Virus record (IMG/VR): IMGVR_UViG_3300045988_059421 | Location: 1-18,502 of that record | Length of the DNA stretch: 18,502 bases | Direction: 5' to 3' (one strand) | From: a virus | Notes under the pieces: generated by a model | What the model was told of the DNA's origin: nothing | Seen by the model: the letters and a program-made list of their open reading frames with translations, nothing else | Databases searched by the model: none | Shown here: positions 14,314-18,502 of the stretch, piece by piece | Numbering within the stretch: position 1 is the stretch's first letter | Layout: the number at the start of each line of letters is the position of its first letter | Position numbers and translations under genes: made by a program

Positions 14314-14431
14314 TTTGTATTCTGCGTTCGTTCTGCACATCGACCTGCACGGGTGACACGGTTGAAATATGCCGCCGTGACAAGGCTATGAACGGTCAAT
14401 TCCTTTGTGTAGACGTGCGTTTAAGAATAAC

Positions 14432-14467
14432 AAAATCCCTTAGAGTTTTCACGCTCTAAGGGATTTT
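14432..14467. terminator. Bidirectional intrinsic terminator between the ATPase and polymerase genes
   Basis: AAAATCCCTTAGAG (14432-14445) pairs with CTCTAAGGGATTTT (14454-14467), giving a 14-bp perfect stem and an 8-nt loop. The A and T runs serve both strands. It lies 4 nt from the polymerase stop. Confidence 0.8.
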
Positions 14468-14471
14468 ACTT

Positions 14472-16454
14472 TCAGTGCATTTCAAATGTCGTATCAGCTA
14501 AGATAACACCACCTTTAATGCGCTTTTGTGAAAGCTTGCCCGGTATCATAATGCCGGGTACAAAGTCGGATATGCTACGAGGTTCACGGATAAATTCAAG
14601 TTCTTCGGGTGTGTAATTTTCTGGGTTCTTCTCTGTGTCGTAGTCCTGCTCTACGGAATGTATAAACAGTTGTTTAACGGTTTTATTTGCACCTGCGCAT
14701 GTTACATTGTAATATGGTTTTTCAATCGGTTCGCCGTCCTCATGTGTAACGTGCTCAATATAGGTTTTCTGACGCGTGAAAAATCCAACGTCCCAGTTTG
14801 TTTCATTCTTCCAGCAACAGTAATTACGGGGATGCAGCTGCACACCTTTTATCTTGTCTAATGGTAAGTCAAGATGCAAGCTGTCAGTATCTGCATATAT
14901 AAAGCCGGGGTTATCAACACCGTAGTAATTCTGTTGTGCGGCGGTAATTGTAAAGTTACGTGCGTAACTGGTAATCGCCGCTCCACATGCAATGTAGCCC
15001 GGTGTTTTTTCGTTTTCCGCGACAGTGAAGAAACCGACTACGCCGTTAGGTTTTAGCATAGCAACCTTGTACGAACTTATTGTAGATGCCGCTTGTTTTC
15101 CGTATAGGTTATTGCTGTATAATTTTGCCACTGTTCTAATGCCCTTGTTTGGAGCATTGATTTTCATTTCACGATATTTGTTTAAGTATTTGTCGTAGAT
15201 GCCTTGTTGTGCTTCAAAATAACAGCCGTCCAAAATTTCGGGGTCAATTATAATGTAATGCTTTTTAAACAGTTCGTAGTCTGTCATGGTCATTGTCATG
15301 GTCACGTATGTGTCGTGCTTCTTGCCGCATTGGTCTACCCATTCGGACACGTAGCGCTTCTGGTTTTCGTCCCATACGTCAGAAGTAGTTAAGCTTTCGT
15401 TTTGTCTGTAATGCAGATTTTTCTTTAGCTGAATAAAAGGTAGATACCCGACCTTTAACCTAAAACGACAACGCAGACGCACGTAGTAATACAGACCAAC
15501 TAAAGGGTTATGTAACTTTAATCGTTCCTGTCTTTCCGCTTCAACTGCCTTTAAGCCCTCTTCGCCGCTAAAAAATTCAGGCTTTCCAACAGGGTAATAA
15601 TTTCCACTATCACTGTGCATCATGGACGGGTATAGGGAGTTTACATCCAGCGTCAAACCGTTTTTATAAACCTTGCATTGTTTGCCTTGCACGACATGAC
15701 ACCACCCGCCACGGTATGCCTTGCGTATATATTCATCTGCATTTGTAGCGCCGTAACGTTCGGGATCAAGCGGAATGTCGTAGAGGTTCGGGAACAAGTC
15801 TTCGTAAACATGACGATTATATCCGGACTTAAATTCACTCATGCAGCACGCGCCGATTGTAAGTTTTTTGTGACCGTCCGCAAACATAAATTCAATAGCT
15901 TCTTTAACAACAAGAACATCATTTTTGATATAGTGTTCTTCTTCTGGGGTAATGTTGTACCCAGCATGGCGTTCGCCTTTGTATTCAATCGTGCTCTTTC
16001 TGTGTTTGGTGTTAAAGCTTTTGCCCATGTCTGCTACGGAGAGGGGGATAAGCTTATAACTGTCGCGGAACTCTATAAGACTTCTTTGGGTTTTAACAGT
16101 CATCGTATACCATTGTCCCATATCGGATATGCTGTACTTAAACGTGTTAGGCTTCATATCATTTGTTTCGAAAAACATAGTGTGTTCAACTTTGCCATCG
16201 GGTGTGTAGGTTGCTTGTGCGTAGTCATCGCGCTTCAATAGGTAATCGAGAATGTAAGAAAAGTCAAAAGCGCCATTATGAAAGTATACAATATTTTTAC
16301 CTTTTAACTGTTCTACCCAGTCCCAGTATTTATCTATTGAATTTACAACAAGCACATCTTCTGTATGTATTTTAACACATGCCGCCGCCCAGACTTCCGT
16401 TTCGGTTTGCCCGTCGTATACGCTTGTCTCAAAATCACATACGTAATAATTCAT
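14472..16454 (-). CDS. Protein-primed family B DNA polymerase (660 aa)
   Basis: Exonuclease motifs: ExoI CDFETS, ExoII HNGAFDFSYIL, ExoIII YIKNDVLVV. Polymerase motifs: LDVNSLYPS (motif A), KLYSNNLYGK (motif B), YADTDS (motif C) and QKTY (KxY). The 4-nt ATGA overlap with the upstream terminal protein gene matches phi29 genes 3 and 2. Confidence 0.95.
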   Translation of the reverse strand: MNYYVCDFETSVYDGQTETEVWAAACVKIHTEDVLVVNSIDKYWDWVEQLKGKNIVYFHNGAFDFSYILDYLLKRDDYAQATYTPDGKVEHTMFFETNDMKPNTFKYSISDMGQWYTMTVKTQRSLIEFRDSYKLIPLSVADMGKSFNTKHRKSTIEYKGERHAGYNITPEEEHYIKNDVLVVKEAIEFMFADGHKKLTIGACCMSEFKSGYNRHVYEDLFPNLYDIPLDPERYGATNADEYIRKAYRGGWCHVVQGKQCKVYKNGLTLDVNSLYPSMMHSDSGNYYPVGKPEFFSGEEGLKAVEAERQERLKLHNPLVGLYYYVRLRCRFRLKVGYLPFIQLKKNLHYRQNESLTTSDVWDENQKRYVSEWVDQCGKKHDTYVTMTMTMTDYELFKKHYIIIDPEILDGCYFEAQQGIYDKYLNKYREMKINAPNKGIRTVAKLYSNNLYGKQAASTISSYKVAMLKPNGVVGFFTVAENEKTPGYIACGAAITSYARNFTITAAQQNYYGVDNPGFIYADTDSLHLDLPLDKIKGVQLHPRNYCCWKNETNWDVGFFTRQKTYIEHVTHEDGEPIEKPYYNVTCAGANKTVKQLFIHSVEQDYDTEKNPENYTPEELEFIREPRSISDFVPGIMIPGKLSQKRIKGGVILADTTFEMH

Positions 16455-17167
16455 GCTTGCACGTCTCCAAACGCTTCATTTAGTTTCATCATTTCTTCGA
16501 CACCGGATTTCCTATGCTTATAAAAATCAGAAAGCCAGCGCCCCGCCGCAGTTGTGTCGTTTGCTTCTTGAGATGTTAAAGTACCTGCTACAACACCGAT
16601 TTCATTTAGCATGTACGCGAATACTGTGTCACCTTCATTTTTGCCATAAAGGTTTTGTAGGTTGTAGCGTTCTTCGCGTAATTTTTTTATAATGTATTCC
16701 ATACCCGCATGCCTCTTTTCATCCGTTGCCCAACACGCATTAGCTTTTATAAAATTCGAAAACGCAAGGGACGCTTCGTTTATATCCGCTAAGGGTGCAT
16801 TGTTAAGTGCAAGAGTTATGTTGCTTTCAACACCTGTTGAACTTGTAACCGTAAATTGCGTAAAGCCTAACTTGTTAAACTGCGCTCTTGCAGCTTTGGG
16901 TATGTCTGCAAACGGAATAGCTTCACCATTCTGTGCTTCTGCATATAACGCGCTGTCCGTAATGTCTTTAAGTTCTTGCTTTAATTTATCAAGCATTTTC
17001 TTTGTTATTCTTTCGGGACGTTCAAAAGCGCTGAATAAATCTTTAGCCGTATATTGCGATTTGTAACCCTTTTTCAAGTATCGGTTATAGCGCTGTCTTG
17101 CGTTTTTAATCAAGCGTCCAAATTCTGCTTGATTAGGAGTCAATTTTTTCGATGATTTTTTAGCCAT
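16451..17167 (-). CDS. Terminal protein (phi29 gp3-like, 238 aa)
   Basis: It lies directly upstream of the polymerase gene and is translationally coupled to it. The N-terminus MAKKSSKKLTPNQAEFGRLIKNARQRYNRYLKKGY parallels phi29 TP MARSPRIRIKDNDKAEYARLVKNTKAKISRTKKKYG, recalled from memory. The RAQFNK motif is shared. Confidence 0.75.
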   Translation of the reverse strand: MAKKSSKKLTPNQAEFGRLIKNARQRYNRYLKKGYKSQYTAKDLFSAFERPERITKKMLDKLKQELKDITDSALYAEAQNGEAIPFADIPKAARAQFNKLGFTQFTVTSSTGVESNITLALNNAPLADINEASLAFSNFIKANACWATDEKRHAGMEYIIKKLREERYNLQNLYGKNEGDTVFAYMLNEIGVVAGTLTSQEANDTTAAGRWLSDFYKHRKSGVEEMMKLNEAFGDVQA

Positions 17168-17185
17168 GTTTTAACCTCTTTTCTA

Positions 17186-17214
17186 TTGACAAAATATTAC
17201 CGTTGTGGTATAAT
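17186..17214 (+). promoter_or_regulatory. Orphan consensus sigma-A-type promoter pointing rightward, antisense to the replication operon
   Basis: TTGACA (17186-17191), a 17-nt spacer, then TATAAT (17209-17214) preceded by TGg (TTGTGGTATAAT). This is a 12/12 consensus match. No plus-strand ORF lies downstream. Confidence 0.6.
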
Positions 17215-17227
17215 AAAGTGTAAAGAT

Positions 17228-17268
17228 AAAAAGAACCGATGACGAATTTTTTTTTTCGTCATCGGTTC
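17228..17268 (-). terminator. Intrinsic terminator inside the replication operon (minus strand)
   Basis: GAACCGATGACGAA (17233-17246) pairs with TTCGTCATCGGTTC (17255-17268), giving a 14-bp stem and an 8-nt loop. On the minus strand it is followed by TTTTT (plus-strand A run 17228-17232). It lies 57 nt after the stop at 17325. Confidence 0.75.
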
Positions 17269-17324
17269 AATCGGGAGGTTTACCGCCGTGTTGCGGCAGT
17301 TAAGGAAAGGAGAAATCTTATTGT

Positions 17325-17588
17325 TTATTTGATACTGTCAACGAGTTCCGCGTATTCGATAAAGTCGCTGATGGACATTTCGTAGCGGTTTTCTTCAATG
17401 GATTCGATATTGACCAGCGTAACGACACGCCCCGTGTCTTTGTTGTCGTGTTCTCGATGCAGCTTTTTGGTAAGCGCGTAAAGAGTAGGAGCGCCCTCAC
17501 ACATTTCCGTAAAGTGATAGTCAACACCGTTTTCGTTTACGGTGTATGTATATGTCGTTGTCTGAATGGTTTTACGGATATACTTCAT
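17325..17588 (-). CDS. Hypothetical protein (87 aa), in the phi29 gene 4 position
   Basis: The ORF track starts it at GTG 17597. The ATG at 17588 (MKYIRKTIQ...) follows GGCGGGTG by 6 nt and lies 1 nt after the upstream stop. No motif recognised. Confidence 0.6.
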   Translation of the reverse strand: MKYIRKTIQTTTYTYTVNENGVDYHFTEMCEGAPTLYALTKKLHREHDNKDTGRVVTLVNIESIEENRYEMSISDFIEYAELVDSIK

Positions 17589-17589
17589 G

Positions 17590-17979
17590 TTAGTCACCCG
17601 CCTTTGCTACAGGGCGGCAGCCGAGGAAGTTGCGACCCTTGTAGTTCTGGGACGGTTTTGCAAAGCACTCGATCTCCATGCCGTCGGTCTCGTCGAACGT
17701 CTCTACAATGTCGAGGAAAGACTGAATGAACGACTGGGAGCCGGTGTGATACAGAACGCCGTCTGCGATAACGACAAGCTTATCGTATTCCTTATCCTGA
17801 CCGGGTTTCGGGTTGTCGTTCACAGTGTGAACCATTGCCCATGCATCCGGATAGGAGAGAACGAGTTTACCGAATTCTTCGATAGCCTTTTCAAGGTTCT
17901 CACCGTTGGAATAGTTCATTACGTTGTACTTGTCCATTTTGCTGAGGTCTGTAGATTTGATGATAGTGTTAGTAAGCAT
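17590..17979 (-). CDS. Probable ssDNA-binding protein (phi29 p5-like, 129 aa)
   Basis: First gene of the replication operon. MLTNTIIKST... and ...VVIADGVLYHTGSQSF...DIVETF...KGRNF parallel phi29 p5 MENTNIVKAT... and ...TIFAADGSLYSAISKT...DLIDLV...KGNVFF, recalled from memory. The size is similar (p5 is 124 aa). Confidence 0.55.
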   Translation of the reverse strand: MLTNTIIKSTDLSKMDKYNVMNYSNGENLEKAIEEFGKLVLSYPDAWAMVHTVNDNPKPGQDKEYDKLVVIADGVLYHTGSQSFIQSFLDIVETFDETDGMEIECFAKPSQNYKGRNFLGCRPVAKAGD

Positions 17980-17987
17980 AGTTTTGT

Positions 17988-18016
17988 TTGTCCTTTCAAA
18001 TAGTATTTGTTATAAT
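17988..18016 (+). promoter_or_regulatory. Possible rightward promoter at the start of the right non-coding end
   Basis: TTGTCC (17988-17993), a 17-nt spacer, then TATAAT (18011-18016) with an upstream TGt. The region is AT-rich, so a chance match is possible. Confidence 0.35.
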
Positions 18017-18145
18017 GAAGAATAGAGTAGAGTATGGAAACTGACAATGAAATTACGCAGAAAGGAGCTTTTATCCTTTCTTAAATATTCTTTTGTAATC
18101 ATCTGAAACTTCGTTGCAACTTGCGTTCTTCTTGATTACGTATAT

Positions 18146-18174
18146 ATCTTAACACATGTGGGAAGAAATGTCAA
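18146..18174 (-). promoter_or_regulatory. Promoter of the replication (early) operon
   Basis: Read on the minus strand it is TTGACA, a 17-nt spacer, then TAAGAT preceded by TGt (TGTGTTAAGAT). On plus-strand coordinates the -35 is at 18169-18174 and the -10 at 18146-18151. It lies about 160 nt upstream of ATG 17979. Confidence 0.6.
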
Positions 18175-18236
18175 TAGGTTTTTTCAAAGTTTTTGAAAAT
18201 ATTTTTCGGTGTGCTTTATCGCTTTAGTTTATGATA

Positions 18237-18260
18237 AAAAATGACGGTTAGTCATTTTGT
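18237..18260. repeat. Subterminal palindromic repeat R1
   Basis: AAAATGAC-GGTTA-GTCATTTTGT. The 8-nt arms AAAATGAC and GTCATTTT are exact reverse complements around a 5-nt core. Confidence 0.85.
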
Positions 18261-18391
18261 ATGCATGGCATGTCAATCCTTGGTCGTGCGTTCGCCTGAT
18301 TCCGTCGACAGAGAGCACGTGTTCCGGCGGGGTTACGTATTGCACCGTGTCCCGTCCGCAGAGCGGAGCAGAGCGACGCGGACGGCGGGTG
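18261..18391. other. GC-rich structured non-coding island between repeats R1 and R2
   Basis: By my count 61 of the 90 bases in 18301-18390 are G or C, in a genome that is otherwise AT-leaning. It contains an 8-bp GC stem: CCGTCCGC (18352-18359) pairs with GCGGACGG (18378-18385). It also contains degenerate direct units beginning CCGTC..CAGAG at 18302 and 18352. Confidence 0.6.
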
Positions 18392-18414
18392 AAAACTGAC
18401 TGTTAGTCATTTTG
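18392..18414. repeat. Subterminal palindromic repeat R2
   Basis: AAAACTGAC-TGTTA-GTCATTTTG. It differs from R3 only at the first core base. The left arm carries one extra C relative to R1. Confidence 0.85.
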
Positions 18415-18427
18415 TGCGCGACATGGT

Positions 18428-18450
18428 AAAACTGACCGTTAGTCATTTTG
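18428..18450. repeat. Subterminal palindromic repeat R3
   Basis: AAAACTGAC-CGTTA-GTCATTTTG. It lies 36 bp (start to start) from R2 and ends 17 bp before the right ITR. Confidence 0.85.
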
Positions 18451-18467
18451 CGCTCGCGCTGATGCCA

Positions 18468-18502
18468 GTTAGTTGTGACTTACGCTCGTTCTTACCACTG
18501 CT
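18468..18502. repeat. Right inverted terminal repeat (35 bp, perfect)
   Basis: Exact reverse complement of 1-35. Confidence 0.95.

Noticed and set aside
14388-14459. A 23-codon ORF (MNGQFLCVDVRLRITKSLRVFTL) in the ATPase 3-prime untranslated stretch.
   Set aside because: It has a poor RBS and runs into the terminator stem. It is more plausibly non-coding.
15283-15305. The hexanucleotide microrepeat GTCATG/GTCATT in the polymerase gene, encoding TMTMTMT on the minus strand.
   Set aside because: It is in frame within an intact polymerase and only about 3.5 units long. It is probably a slippage-prone linker and not a separate feature.
18010-18102. A 30-codon minus-strand ORF (MITKEYLRKDKSSFLRNFIVSF...) in the early-operon leader.
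   Set aside because: It has a weak RBS, is very short and has low complexity. It is more likely untranslated leader.
18241-18399. A 52-codon plus-strand ORF (MTVSHFVCMACQSLVVRSPDSVDREHVFRRGYVLHRV...) across the GC-rich island.
   Set aside because: It has no Shine-Dalgarno sequence (the upstream sequence is TTATGATAAAAA). Its Arg-rich composition is what GC-rich non-coding DNA typically yields. It starts inside repeat R1 and ends inside R2.
18237-18450. The three similar 23-bp repeats as a mini CRISPR array.
   Set aside because: There are only three copies, their spacing is unequal (155 and 36 bp), each repeat is itself a dyad, and no cas genes are present. The pattern fits protein-binding sites better.

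Overview
The window appears to be one complete linear dsDNA phage genome of the phi29-like type: a small podovirus that replicates by protein priming. It is bounded by perfect 35-bp inverted terminal repeats (1-35 and 18468-18502). There are four transcription blocks. (1) A plus-strand left arm (192-3880) carries about 15 tightly packed small ORFs of unknown function. These include four small Cys-rich proteins, one of which is split by an in-frame TGA. (2) A minus-strand late operon (13158 down to 3936) encodes, in order: BhlA-like holin, a 314-aa orphan, GH25 endolysin, an M23/lysozyme tail hydrolase, scaffold, major capsid with a Big_2 domain, tail knob, portal, lower collar and tail fibre. 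(3) A plus-strand packaging ATPase (13273-14313) has its own consensus promoter and converges on the polymerase gene. (4) A minus-strand replication operon (17979 down to 14472) encodes an SSB-like protein, an 87-aa unknown, terminal protein and a protein-primed family B DNA polymerase. I saw no integrase or repressor, tRNA or CRISPR array. The features no gene explains are all non-coding. They are a perfect orphan sigma-A-type promoter that points antisense into the replication operon, and a roughly 490-bp non-coding right end. That right end holds three palindromic 23-bp repeats and a 68% GC structured island, and no packaging RNA has been located. All protein family calls rest on motifs read by eye and on phi29 sequences recalled from memory. 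No database search was run.
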